NCBI GenBank assembly: GCA_964632215.1
Contig: CAZWBG010000002.1
Coordinates: 8,561 to 72,560, forward strand
DNA length: 64,000 bases
Origin: an uncultured Candidatus Saccharibacteria bacterium
GTDB lineage: Bacteria; Patescibacteriota; Saccharimonadia; Saccharimonadales; UBA7683
Reading direction: 5' to 3'
This document shows, piece after piece, positions 17,703-27,298 of the stretch. Every line of letters starts with the position of its first letter. Within the stretch, counting starts at the first letter, position 1. The translations under genes were made by a program, and so were the position numbers. The notes beneath the pieces were generated by a model, which saw only the letters and a list, made by a program, of their open reading frames with translations, had not been told where the DNA came from and ran no database searches.

Positions 17703-18755
17703 TTACGTGACCTGTGGTTTTAAGGGCGTGCCCAGCCGCTTAATCGCTCGGTTGTAATAGTAGTAGCCAATTGGCAGGCTCAAGCCCATAGTGAGCACAC
17801 GGTACATAATAGTCACTGAAAGACTCAGGGCAGCCGGCACACCAGCTGAAACCATCACGAGCGTCATGAGACCCTCGTAAATACCGATACCTCCAGGTAG
17901 TACTGCCACCAAACCAGCAAAGTTAGCGATAGCATAGGCGATAATAACTGCACCCGGGTTCACAAACTGGCCGTAGGCAATATAAACTGTGTAAATCGTG
18001 GCTAGCTCTGTAATATTCGCCACATTCGCGTAAAAAAACGGTTTTCGCAGCTCTGAAAAATTACTACGTAACAACTTGTAGTGGCCATGTAGTTCCGTGA
18101 AGGTCTTTTCAACTCTTTTGAGCTTAATCGTCTCTGGGTGCTTCCGCCGAAAAAAATGTAGTAGCTTGTTCACAACTTTCGTAGCACCTTGGCTGAAAGT
18201 ATGAATACGGCTCTCATCACTCACCACATAAGTACCCACAATAATCGCAAAAACAACCGAAAAAGCCAGTGTACAGGTAAGCAAAATGGTCATATTACTC
18301 GCACTACCACCAAGCGCTAAGAAGAAGAGGCCAATAAAGAGTAGTATTACAAAATCGGCAAAGACAAGAACAAAACGCATCGACTGAGTTAATGTTGCCT
18401 GAGCTGTCGTTACTCCATGTGGGCGCAGGCGCGCTGCAAAGTAACTAAAGCCTGAGACTCCACCACTCGGGAAAACGTGATTCACAAAATTAAGCTCCAT
18501 AGCCACATGCATCATCCGCTTGAACGGCTGCTTATTTCCTAAGATTCGTAGAAATTCCTGGTATAAATGAGCATACGCTACAAAGTTCTCAAACTGGAGC
18601 GGAATCAGTAGTAATAGCACAATGGCATTGATCCGACTCAGATCCTCAAAAACATGTATGATATCGTGACGCATCAGATAAATAGCAGCACCTAGCAGTA
18701 CAAAGGTGAAGATATTTAAAATGAGCTTCCAGTTGCGTTTTAAGTATTCTTTCAT
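17703..18755 (-). CDS. UPF0104 / lysylphosphatidylglycerol-synthase-TM-like integral membrane protein
   Basis: Polytopic membrane protein. LPGGIGIYEGLMTLVMVSAGV matches the PGG(l/i)G..E family signature. Confidence 0.65.
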   Translation of the reverse strand: MKEYLKRNWKLILNIFTFVLLGAAIYLMRHDIIHVFEDLSRINAIVLLLLIPLQFENFVAYAHLYQEFLRILGNKQPFKRMMHVAMELNFVNHVFPSGGVSGFSYFAARLRPHGVTTAQATLTQSMRFVLVFADFVILLFIGLFFLALGGSASNMTILLTCTLAFSVVFAIIVGTYVVSDESRIHTFSQGATKVVNKLLHFFRRKHPETIKLKRVEKTFTELHGHYKLLRSNFSELRKPFFYANVANITELATIYTVYIAYGQFVNPGAVIIAYAIANFAGLVAVLPGGIGIYEGLMTLVMVSAGVPAALSLSVTIMYRVLTMGLSLPIGYYYYNRAIKRLGTPLKPQVT

Positions 18756-18820
18756 AACTGTTGATAACCATTATAGCAATAACATTTGTAAATTTATGCC
18801 CAATCGCTCAAACTAGGGCT

Positions 18821-20065
18821 ATGCAGATCGCAATCTTAGGTAGACAGGCAGAAATTTCACTAGCAGAACTAGAGTCTCTTTTTGGTGCCACAAATGTTGC
18901 ACCAATTGCCAACTACGCTGCCCTCGTCGACAGCGACACATTCCTGCCCCAGCCACGCCTCGGTGGAACCATGAAGAGTGCTAAACTGCTGACCAAGCTT
19001 GAACGCACAGATCTTTCGGGCGCCTTTATCTACCTCCAAGAAACTATCCCGGAACACTTGCACTATCTGCCTGAAGGCAAACTACAACTAGGAGTAAGCG
19101 TCTACGGCTTTCCTGCAAAAAAAGATTGGCTACTCAAACAAACTTTGTCGCTCAAGAAGATCATCAAAAAAGCTGGTAGAAGCGTTCGCATTATTGAAAA
19201 CAAGAAACCCGAGCTCGAAAGTGCTCAGGTACTCTACAACAAACTGACTGGACCACTCGGCTGGGAGCTACTTCTCATTAAAGACGGTGAGGATATCGTG
19301 GTAGCGCAGACGACTGCCGTACAAAATATAGACGACTACGCCAAGCGTGACTTTGACCGACCCAAACGTGATGCCTATGTTGGCATGCTGCCACCTAAAT
19401 TAGCCCAAGTTATGATCAACCTTGCTGTTTCTGACACCAACCCACAACAGGATTCAGCGGTTCTTGACCCGTTCTGTGGCACAGGCGTTGTTCTCCAAGA
19501 AGCACTCCTTATGGGGTACAACACCTACGGCACGGACCTCTCGGAAAAGATGATTAACTATAGTAAAGAAAATATACAGTGGTTAAAAGAAAAATATATC
19601 ACCGAAGTTGACGGAAGATCAGACCGAATCCTTGATCAAACTCAAGATGATAGTCAACGATGGATTATCGAACAAGCAGACGCCACAACCTACCAGTGGA
19701 ATTTTACTAAGATTCAAGACGAAAAAACTAAAATATCGGTAGCCTGCGAGACATATCTTGGCAAACCACTCTCCTCTCTTCCTGAAAACAAGGTTCTGGC
19801 TCCGATTACCAAAGAGGCTAACCAGATTGCTGAAGGATTTTTACGTAATATTGCACCGCAGCTTAGCAAAGGTACTCGTTTATGCGTGGCTCTACCCGCC
19901 TGGTGTCTTGGAAGAGATGAATTTCTTCACCTGGAAGTACTTGACCATCTGGAAGATTTGGGGTACAATCGATTAGAATTTGTCCACGCAAAAAAGTCTG
20001 ATCTAATTTATCATCGAACAGATCAAATTGTGGCAAGAGAATTAACTATTTTGGAGAAAAGATAA
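18821..20065 (+). CDS. UPF0020/Trm11-like putative RNA methyltransferase
   Basis: MLPPKLAQVMINLA followed by motif I LDPFCGTGVVLQEA. Start moved from the TTG at 18761 to the ATG at 18821 (MQIAILG). Confidence 0.7.
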   Translation: MQIAILGRQAEISLAELESLFGATNVAPIANYAALVDSDTFLPQPRLGGTMKSAKLLTKLERTDLSGAFIYLQETIPEHLHYLPEGKLQLGVSVYGFPAKKDWLLKQTLSLKKIIKKAGRSVRIIENKKPELESAQVLYNKLTGPLGWELLLIKDGEDIVVAQTTAVQNIDDYAKRDFDRPKRDAYVGMLPPKLAQVMINLAVSDTNPQQDSAVLDPFCGTGVVLQEALLMGYNTYGTDLSEKMINYSKENIQWLKEKYITEVDGRSDRILDQTQDDSQRWIIEQADATTYQWNFTKIQDEKTKISVACETYLGKPLSSLPENKVLAPITKEANQIAEGFLRNIAPQLSKGTRLCVALPAWCLGRDEFLHLEVLDHLEDLGYNRLEFVHAKKSDLIYHRTDQIVARELTILEKR

Positions 20066-20068
20066 CAT

Positions 20069-20341
20069 ATGTCACACGTAAAAGCTGGTGGAACTAGTAA
20101 AAACCTCAAAGACTCCCAGGGTCAACGACTTGGCGTAAAGCGCTTTGGCGGCCAAACAGTCCGCGAAGGTGAAGTTATTATCCGACAAGTCGGCATGAAC
20201 AAACGCGCCGGCAAAGGTACGTTTATCAGCAAAAACTTTACAATTCATGCCGCAAAAGATGGTGTTGTGAGTTTCGCGAAACGAAACGTCAAAAGCTTTA
20301 CAGGCAAAAATCACCCTCGCGTCGAAGTAATCGTCGAATAA
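20069..20341 (+). CDS. rpmA: 50S ribosomal protein L27
   Basis: MSHVKAGGTSKNLKDSQGQRLGVKRFGGQTV matches the bL27 N-terminus; 90 aa. Confidence 0.95.
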   Translation: MSHVKAGGTSKNLKDSQGQRLGVKRFGGQTVREGEVIIRQVGMNKRAGKGTFISKNFTIHAAKDGVVSFAKRNVKSFTGKNHPRVEVIVE

Positions 20342-20356
20342 ATACACGTCTTCAGA

Positions 20357-21058
20357 CTACTGAGCATCATGAATACTGTCTAAACGTACGCCTAGATCAG
20401 CGTATCTATCTGCAATTATCCGCGCTGATTCTGGGAGTTCTTGATACAATCTACCCATATCTTGGCCCGCAGCTATTGACTCATCACCACTACCGCTTAC
20501 TTGCGCTTCGGTTTTACGTACTCGGGCCTCTGCATAAAGTCTAAGATTCTGCCGAACATCTATGTTGAATGGATCTACGAGATCCTCCATAGCCTGTTCT
20601 ACGGCAGCTTCTTGCTTGGCCCGTCTCTGATCAATCCTAGCCTGATTAACTGCATCGGTTGCAGCCCTCATAGCTCGAGCCTGCTCCGCCGTGAGTGGAA
20701 CTTCTGAGATAATACCCCTTACCGCCAGTCGCCCAGCATCAGGAGCCTTCTGAACGTGCCTACTCGCCCGCTCTTCACTCGTAACCCTAGCTGCATCAGA
20801 TTCTGTCTGGTTAGCTATTGTTTCTTGCAATCTTACCAGCTCATCCGCATAGACATCTTTCGCAAGGATGCTACCGTCCTCATCTATTTTTTCCAAATGA
20901 ACTACACCCTCCCGCTCGCCCATGGGGCCTACGCTCGTGCCAGTTGCTGTCCAACCACCGATATCTATAGACCCGTCACTGCGCAATACGGCAAATTCGC
21001 CATCGGTGAGGCCAAGGTTTTCAGCTGGAGTTGGTTTTGTGTTGGATTGTTCGTGCAT
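20357..21058 (-). CDS. Hypothetical protein (233 aa)
   Basis: ORF track only; no motif recognised. Confidence 0.55.
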   Translation of the reverse strand: MHEQSNTKPTPAENLGLTDGEFAVLRSDGSIDIGGWTATGTSVGPMGEREGVVHLEKIDEDGSILAKDVYADELVRLQETIANQTESDAARVTSEERASRHVQKAPDAGRLAVRGIISEVPLTAEQARAMRAATDAVNQARIDQRRAKQEAAVEQAMEDLVDPFNIDVRQNLRLYAEARVRKTEAQVSGSGDESIAAGQDMGRLYQELPESARIIADRYADLGVRLDSIHDAQ

Positions 21059-21140
21059 AAATTTTTCTTTTGTTAACTACAAATATCATTATAGCATAAG
21101 CTTTATTCAAAGTCAATAATAGAGTCTTGTGAAAGTACTG

Positions 21141-21449
21141 CTAGCCTGTTTGCTGAGTGGGTTCTTTGCTTGATTCAGTCTGTGGTGGTAATGGTAAATC
21201 GATAATTGTAGTTCCTACACTATCATCGTGAGTATTCTCAGCTGACTCCTGCGCTATATGGTCAAGATCGATTTCTTGCCAAGCCTGCTGGTTAAGACCT
21301 GCTACATCCAGCGACGGGCGCTTAACTGCGGTTCTGCGCAGCACAAAGGCCACCATACCAGCAAAAGTCAGTGCAATGCCTGCCAGCCGAATACTTTCAA
21401 TAGCAGAAAGCTGATTTCCCACCCGGAAACCTTGCTGCTTTTCATTCAT
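21141..21449 (-). CDS. Hypothetical single-TM protein (102 aa)
   Basis: ORF track; TM segment LAGIALTFAGMVAFVL. Lies 9 nt downstream of the response-regulator gene. Confidence 0.5.
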   Translation of the reverse strand: MNEKQQGFRVGNQLSAIESIRLAGIALTFAGMVAFVLRRTAVKRPSLDVAGLNQQAWQEIDLDHIAQESAENTHDDSVGTTIIDLPLPPQTESSKEPTQQTG

Positions 21450-21458
21450 ACAATGAAC

Positions 21459-21842
21459 CTATTTCTTTATATCAAGGTGATAGCGAATACGGTCAATCAC
21501 ATCGGCTATCACTACCTGAGACTTTACGAGATAATCATCAACGCCAAGTTTTTCGGCTCGTTCTTTGTCTTTGTCTTGGCTGAGTGCCGTGAGCATAATA
21601 ATCCGAATATTGGCAGTCTCGTCAGTGTTTCGCAAAATATCAAGTACATCAAACCCACTAATTTTAGGCATCATGGCATCGAGAAGAATTAAATCAGGTC
21701 GGTATTTAACTGCCGCAGAAAGTGCATCCTCACCATTTGAGACATGCTCGGCCAAAAAGCCTTCAGCCTCAAGCCGCATAAGATACATCTGAGCCAGTGC
21801 TTCGTCGTCTTCTACTAATAGGATCTTATATTGTTGCGCCAT
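21459..21842 (-). CDS. CheY-like single-domain response regulator
   Basis: ILLVEDDE, LILLDAMMPKISG and LVKS. 127 aa with no output domain. Starts 2 nt after the pyrG stop. Confidence 0.9.
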   Translation of the reverse strand: MAQQYKILLVEDDEALAQMYLMRLEAEGFLAEHVSNGEDALSAAVKYRPDLILLDAMMPKISGFDVLDILRNTDETANIRIIMLTALSQDKDKERAEKLGVDDYLVKSQVVIADVIDRIRYHLDIKK

Positions 21843-21844
21843 TA

Positions 21845-23470
21845 CTACCTTATAGTACCTGAGATGACGCGCTTTTTCAATGCGGCAATAAAGCCGTCAA
21901 ACAGCGGTTGTGGGCGTAGGGGCCGCGAAGTAAACTCTGGGTGAAACTGACTAGCAATAAAGAATGGATGGCTAGTTTTTTCAATAATCTCTACCAAGCC
22001 ACCTTGCTTCCACACGCCGCTCACCTGCATACCACTCGCCTCCAGGGCTGCCTGATATTGATTATTAAACTCATAGCGGTGCCGATGTCGTTCAGCCACG
22101 TTCTTTTTACCGTAGAGCTTGCTGGTTAGGGTCCCGGGCTTTAATTCACACTCGTAATTACCGAGCCGCATAGTTCCACCTGTTCCCTCTTTACCAACCT
22201 GGTCGCTCATAGTGCTGATGACTGGCTCGGTTGTTTTTGGATCAAACTCGGTAGAATGTGCCGTCTTGAGCCCAGTTTGACGAAGCGCAGCGATCGCCGC
22301 TACCTGCATACCCAAACATAAGCCAAGATATGGTATGTCTTTTTTCAGAGCGTACGCAGCCATCATAATTTTCCCCTCGACTCCGCGCTTACCAAATCCA
22401 CCAGGTACCACAACACCATCAACTTCACGCATAAGAGTCGACAATTTTTGGGTTCCGTTCTCGATTGCCTCAGCATCAATCCAGGAGATCTGTAGATCTA
22501 CACCCTGCGACCAAGCCGCTGCTCTCAGCGCCTCGACGACCGAGAAGTAGCTATCCTCATTATCAAGATATTTGGCTATCAGGCCCGCTCGCACAGTTGG
22601 GCGGCCCTTTTCAGAAATACGCTTAACCAATTTCTTCCACTCAGCAAGTTGTGGTTTTTTAGCCTTGAGCTTCAGGCGTTTTACGGTATAGTCGCCGATT
22701 CCCTGAGCCTCGAGCGTTAAGGGTACCTCGTAAATACTTGCGGCATTCGGCAAGAGTGCAATAGCCTCTTCTGGCACTCCAGCAAACATACTCAGTTTGT
22801 CGATGATCTTTTCCGACGCGAAAGTCTCAGACCGTGCCACCAACATATCTGGCACGATACCTGCATTACGCAGATCTTTCACCGCATTTTGAGCAGGCTT
22901 TGTTTTAAACTCTTTACTAGCTCCAAGGTATGGCACATAAACCACATGCAAATACATGCAATTGTCACGACCCAAGCGAACACCCATTTCGCGAATTGCC
23001 TCAATAAAGGCCTGTCCCTCGATATCACCAACTGTGCCGCCAATTTCTACAATATGAACATCGAAGCCTTTTGCTGCTTGCTTGATGTAGCCCTGCATAG
23101 CCTGTGTGACGTGTGGGACGATCTGCACCGTCTTACCCAAGTACTTACCCGCCCGCTCGTCATCAATCACCTGGCGCAGCACACGGCCACTCATGAGCGA
23201 ACTACTCTGCGTGAGCTCAACATCCATAAAACGCTCGTAATGCCCTAAATCGAGATCGGTCTCAGCACCATCTACAGTTACAAAACATTCACCATGTTCA
23301 GCTGGATTAAGTGTTCCGGCATCAAAGTTGAGATAAGGATCACATTTTTGAATATTAACACGTAGTCCACGAGCCTTGAGTATATTCCCGAGTGAAGCTG
23401 CCGTAATTCCCTTACCAACACCCGAGAGTACACCTCCGGTTACAAATATGTACTTCGGGGATTTACTCAT
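21845..23470 (-). CDS. pyrG: CTP synthase
   Basis: KYIFVTGGVLSGVGKGITAASLG N-terminus and the glutaminase motif GLCLGMQ; 541 aa. Confidence 0.97.
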   Translation of the reverse strand: MSKSPKYIFVTGGVLSGVGKGITAASLGNILKARGLRVNIQKCDPYLNFDAGTLNPAEHGECFVTVDGAETDLDLGHYERFMDVELTQSSSLMSGRVLRQVIDDERAGKYLGKTVQIVPHVTQAMQGYIKQAAKGFDVHIVEIGGTVGDIEGQAFIEAIREMGVRLGRDNCMYLHVVYVPYLGASKEFKTKPAQNAVKDLRNAGIVPDMLVARSETFASEKIIDKLSMFAGVPEEAIALLPNAASIYEVPLTLEAQGIGDYTVKRLKLKAKKPQLAEWKKLVKRISEKGRPTVRAGLIAKYLDNEDSYFSVVEALRAAAWSQGVDLQISWIDAEAIENGTQKLSTLMREVDGVVVPGGFGKRGVEGKIMMAAYALKKDIPYLGLCLGMQVAAIAALRQTGLKTAHSTEFDPKTTEPVISTMSDQVGKEGTGGTMRLGNYECELKPGTLTSKLYGKKNVAERHRHRYEFNNQYQAALEASGMQVSGVWKQGGLVEIIEKTSHPFFIASQFHPEFTSRPLRPQPLFDGFIAALKKRVISGTIR

Positions 23471-23512
23471 AGGTTCCTGCTTTCTTTTTGTTTTTATTAT
23501 TTCCCATAATGG

Positions 23513-23542
23513 CAGAAGAGACAGTTGGTGCTGTCTCTTCTG
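23513..23542. other. Perfect 12-bp stem / 6-nt loop hairpin in the ctp-pyrG intergenic region
   Basis: cagaagagacag (23513-23524), ttggtg, ctgtctcttctg (23531-23542). No adjacent U-tract on either strand. Confidence 0.6.
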
Positions 23543-23684
23543 GGTGCGTGGTCTTCTTTGTAGCCTCGTTGGGCATATTGCTTAAACCATCATATTTTGC
23601 AATCACTACAAAAACCACAGTCCCCTCCAATTAATGTACTCATGCTACAGAAAGCTGAAGCATTATGCAAGCACTGTTTTGGTT

Positions 23685-24869
23685 TTACTGTCTAACTTCT
23701 TGTAAAGCTCGGTCTTTTTGTGGATCACGGTTGGCGTTGAAATCCTCGATAGTACGCTCTACCTGAATATCTGGGGAGATCCCCTCTTTGTCGATATTCT
23801 TGCCACCAGGAGTAAACCACCGAGCCACTGTAACTTTGAGCTTACCGCCATCGGATAGATTAATCAGCTCCTGAACACTTCCCTTCCCAAAACTCTTCAT
23901 GCCAATTAGTTGAGCTGCATTGTGATCACGCAGCGCACCTGCCACTATCTCACTTGCACTAGCGCTTCCCTCATTAATTAAAACAACGGTTGGTACTCCA
24001 GCCAGTGGAGCGTTATCGCCAGATTTGAGTACTGTTCTTGTGCGTCCACCTTCGCGCTCTTCTACAACAACCTGCTTATTGAGCCATAGCCCACTCACTT
24101 TAACTGCTGAGTCAACTAACCCACCACCATTATTACGCAGATCGAGCACAACACCCTTTACGTTTTGAGCCTTAAAGTCTGTTGCTGCCTTACTGGCAAG
24201 CTCAGCAGTATCATCACTAAAACGGTTAATTTTCAGGTAGCCAACTCCGTCTATAATCTCGCTCGTTACACTAGGAATATTAATTTGAGCTCGGGTAATC
24301 TTAACTTCAATCGGTACATTTTCTCGAATAATGCCCAGTGTTACTTCCGTGCCAGCCTCGCCACGAATTTTGTTCACCGCTTCGTCAACACTCAGCTTTG
24401 TCGCATCATCGGCGTCAATTTTTACAATCTCATCACCAGGCTGTAAACCGGCCTTTTGGGCTGGTGAGCCCTCGAGCGGAGAGATCACTACAAGTTTGTC
24501 GTTGCGCTTGCCAAGCTCAGCACCTATTCCTGTAAAAGTACCTTCAAGATCAGCCTGGAACTCTTTGGCTTCTTGCTCGCTCATGTAAACGGTGTACGGA
24601 TCACCAGCGGCACCCACGAGGCCTCGCTTCATGCCATCGCTCAGCTTCGTCATATCTAGCTCACCATCAAACTTCTGCTTGAGAAGGTCGTAAACTTTTT
24701 CGGTTGAGGTAAAATCCAAATTCTGACTAAGCGTACTGTTGCTCTTGGTTGTGTAAGGAGCAAAGAACCACTCACCCACCATCTGTAGACGATTACCAGC
24801 TACAAAAGCTATCAATAGAGCCACTATTAAAACACCAACTGAAACCCTCTTTTTCGGTCGCTTGTCCAA
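23685..24869 (-). CDS. S41 family C-terminal processing peptidase with a PDZ domain
   Basis: N-terminal TM anchor, PDZ (GLQPGDEIVKIDADD), LDLRNNGGG and LINEGSASASEI (catalytic Ser region). Confidence 0.9.
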   Translation of the reverse strand: MDKRPKKRVSVGVLIVALLIAFVAGNRLQMVGEWFFAPYTTKSNSTLSQNLDFTSTEKVYDLLKQKFDGELDMTKLSDGMKRGLVGAAGDPYTVYMSEQEAKEFQADLEGTFTGIGAELGKRNDKLVVISPLEGSPAQKAGLQPGDEIVKIDADDATKLSVDEAVNKIRGEAGTEVTLGIIRENVPIEVKITRAQINIPSVTSEIIDGVGYLKINRFSDDTAELASKAATDFKAQNVKGVVLDLRNNGGGLVDSAVKVSGLWLNKQVVVEEREGGRTRTVLKSGDNAPLAGVPTVVLINEGSASASEIVAGALRDHNAAQLIGMKSFGKGSVQELINLSDGGKLKVTVARWFTPGGKNIDKEGISPDIQVERTIEDFNANRDPQKDRALQEVRQ

Positions 24870-24922
24870 GCTATCCCCCTATGATTTATTACCTAAAAAT
24901 TGTACCATGGAACACATACATT

Positions 24923-25939
24923 ATGAGCCACTTATTTCACGTCACTACTCTTAATAAATCTGCATTTGCAAAATGTCAGAAGGCATTAAAGCCACTTTAT
25001 GTGCCAATCGAGCAGAGCATAGAATGGGGTGCATTTGATGACTGCGTAGATGACAGGGAGTTTCTCGGAAGCTTTCGTTACGACGATGCGCAAGGTCGCT
25101 TAGTTGCAATTGCTAGCGCTTCGCTCTACCACGAAAAAGGACGTGATTGGATATGGATTAAGCACGGCCCACTTTTTGCTAGCGTACCGAACACCAAAGT
25201 TATCCAAAAAATGTGCGCGACACTCACAGACCAATTTCGAGTCACTAATGGTACTTCACCGCTATTCATCCGACTCACCATACCGAGCCAAGTCAAGCCA
25301 CTGCGTCAGCCGTTTGAGCACACCATGTATGACCAGACAGTGGTTGTTGATCTTACACAGACCGAAGAAGAGATATTAGCCCACATGAGCCAAAGTGGCC
25401 GCCAGGGCCTGCGTAAGAGTACCAAGGCAGGTATTATTGTTAAAGAATTGCCTTTGAGGGATGCGCAGGCCGTTTTTTGTCAAGATTTCTACCCAATCCT
25501 TGCAGAAACTGCTGATCGAGGGGGTTTTGGCATACACCCTTGCTCACTTTATGAGAAGATGCTCACGGCGCTCAGCCCTGCAGCTAAGCTTTACGGTGCC
25601 TACGAGGGCAAGCAGATCACCTCCTGGGCAATTACTACAGAATACGATCAACAGGCCCTTTACTACTACGGTGCGAGCAATACGCGGGCTCGTGACACGT
25701 TTGCTCCATACATACTACACTGGGAGATTATGAAGGCTATGAAGAAACGGGGCAATATCATCTACGATTTTATGGGTATCGCAGGAAAGCACTACCCAAG
25801 CCTTAAAAACGTGACTCAGTTTAAATTAAAGTTCTCAAAAAATATTCAAGATGTACCAGTTACCTATGACCTACCCCTGCAACCAGCGAAGTACACGCTG
25901 CTCTCACAACTAATCAAATTAAAGCGTAAACTCAAATAA
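24923..25939 (+). CDS. FemAB-family peptidoglycan interpeptide-bridge aminoacyltransferase
   Basis: YYYGASNTRARDTFAPYILHWEIMKAMKKRGNIIYDFMGI is a typical FemAB C-terminal pattern. Start moved to the ATG at 24923, because the 24749 extension overlaps the divergent ctp gene. Confidence 0.8.
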   Translation: MSHLFHVTTLNKSAFAKCQKALKPLYVPIEQSIEWGAFDDCVDDREFLGSFRYDDAQGRLVAIASASLYHEKGRDWIWIKHGPLFASVPNTKVIQKMCATLTDQFRVTNGTSPLFIRLTIPSQVKPLRQPFEHTMYDQTVVVDLTQTEEEILAHMSQSGRQGLRKSTKAGIIVKELPLRDAQAVFCQDFYPILAETADRGGFGIHPCSLYEKMLTALSPAAKLYGAYEGKQITSWAITTEYDQQALYYYGASNTRARDTFAPYILHWEIMKAMKKRGNIIYDFMGIAGKHYPSLKNVTQFKLKFSKNIQDVPVTYDLPLQPAKYTLLSQLIKLKRKLK

Positions 25940-26007
25940 CATATTCCGTATTGTCATCTTGGATCATAGGCTATGGATAAGCTACTCGTACTTGGACAAA
26001 TCTGTTC

Positions 26008-27252
26008 TTAAAAGTGTATGAAGTAGAGATTACTGCTTGAAATGACCATCTCGCTATATTCACCTCGTACATAATAATTATACTGGCTGACTTTTATAAG
26101 ACCATTAGGATACACATCTTCTACATACATGGCGTGACCATAGTAGCCCGCCATTGAGATAGCGACATCACCCACTCGTGGATTACCATCATAGGCAATA
26201 CCTGAACTCGCTGCTCTTGATGGCCAATTACGAGCATTCGCCGGGCCAGTTCTACCCCACTTAGGCATATTTCTACCAGATTGAGCTACCTTAAAGGCCG
26301 TGTAACTGACACATTCACGGCTATACATACCCCAAGTGTCTACCATGGCATCAAGGGGCTGTGTGGCCCAAGGCGCAGGATACCCACCACCGCTTACACC
26401 ATTACCATACACCACCAACATACCTGGGCGCGTAGGATACGTGCCACTCGGATACGAAGGTGTTGGCGTAGTTGGAGTGCTACCACCAGATGATGGCGCG
26501 GTAGCAATAGGAGCTGGCACACTCGGAGCCGGAGCCGCAAGGAGCGCGCTATTGGCTACTTCCTGCTGCTCACGTAGCGCTACAACCTCAGTTGTTTTTT
26601 GACTTATACTACCCTCGAGGCTATTGAGCTGCGTTTCACTCACACCTAGCTCTGCGTGCGCTGTTTGTTTCTGAGTTGCAACAGCTTGCTCTTGTTGAGT
26701 TTGCTGCTCTAGCAGTGCCACAACCTCTTTATTTTTGGTGTCGAGTTCTTCTTGTTTCTTCTCTACGGCAGTAATATTGGTTGCGACCTGATCTTTAATC
26801 CGCTCGCGATACTCTTGCTGATCCATGTAGTCACTTAGGTTCTTACTTGAGGCGATCATCTCGAGTGGTGTTAAAGACTGCTCCTCCATGTAGAGAATCT
26901 TGAACTGTTCAGAAAGCTGCTCCTTCTTATCAGCCAGATCTTTTTGCAAAGTTTCAAGTTCAGTCTCAGTGGCTTGCTTCCGATTCGCAGTTTGGGCAAT
27001 TGAAGCCTTGAGCATACTAAGTTGTTCCAGTAGGCCGTCTACCGTCTGCTTCTGCTCTGCTGCCTGCTCACCTACATCACTCTTTTTTGAATCTTCCAGT
27101 GTAATCTGTCGCTCAAGTGCTTTTATTTGTTCGTCAAATTTATCTGCCCGAGCAAGCGGAATGCCGCTAAGTGGTTGCAGCGCAAAAAGAGCTACAATAC
27201 CAAGAGCGGCATATTGGCTTTTTCGTTTGTGGCTTATTTTTAGCCGAGTCAT
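26008..27252 (-). CDS. PcsB-like secreted peptidoglycan hydrolase: coiled-coil plus C-terminal CHAP domain (paralog 1)
   Basis: Signal/anchor, long heptad-rich Q/E/K region, Pro/Thr linker, then CHAP (ECVSYTAFKV ... GHAMYVEDV). Confidence 0.85.
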   Translation of the reverse strand: MTRLKISHKRKSQYAALGIVALFALQPLSGIPLARADKFDEQIKALERQITLEDSKKSDVGEQAAEQKQTVDGLLEQLSMLKASIAQTANRKQATETELETLQKDLADKKEQLSEQFKILYMEEQSLTPLEMIASSKNLSDYMDQQEYRERIKDQVATNITAVEKKQEELDTKNKEVVALLEQQTQQEQAVATQKQTAHAELGVSETQLNSLEGSISQKTTEVVALREQQEVANSALLAAPAPSVPAPIATAPSSGGSTPTTPTPSYPSGTYPTRPGMLVVYGNGVSGGGYPAPWATQPLDAMVDTWGMYSRECVSYTAFKVAQSGRNMPKWGRTGPANARNWPSRAASSGIAYDGNPRVGDVAISMAGYYGHAMYVEDVYPNGLIKVSQYNYYVRGEYSEMVISSSNLYFIHF

Positions 27253-27298
27253 GTGGTGAATCCTTTTTATTTTAGAGCGTTCTTAAACAAGGTAGAAA

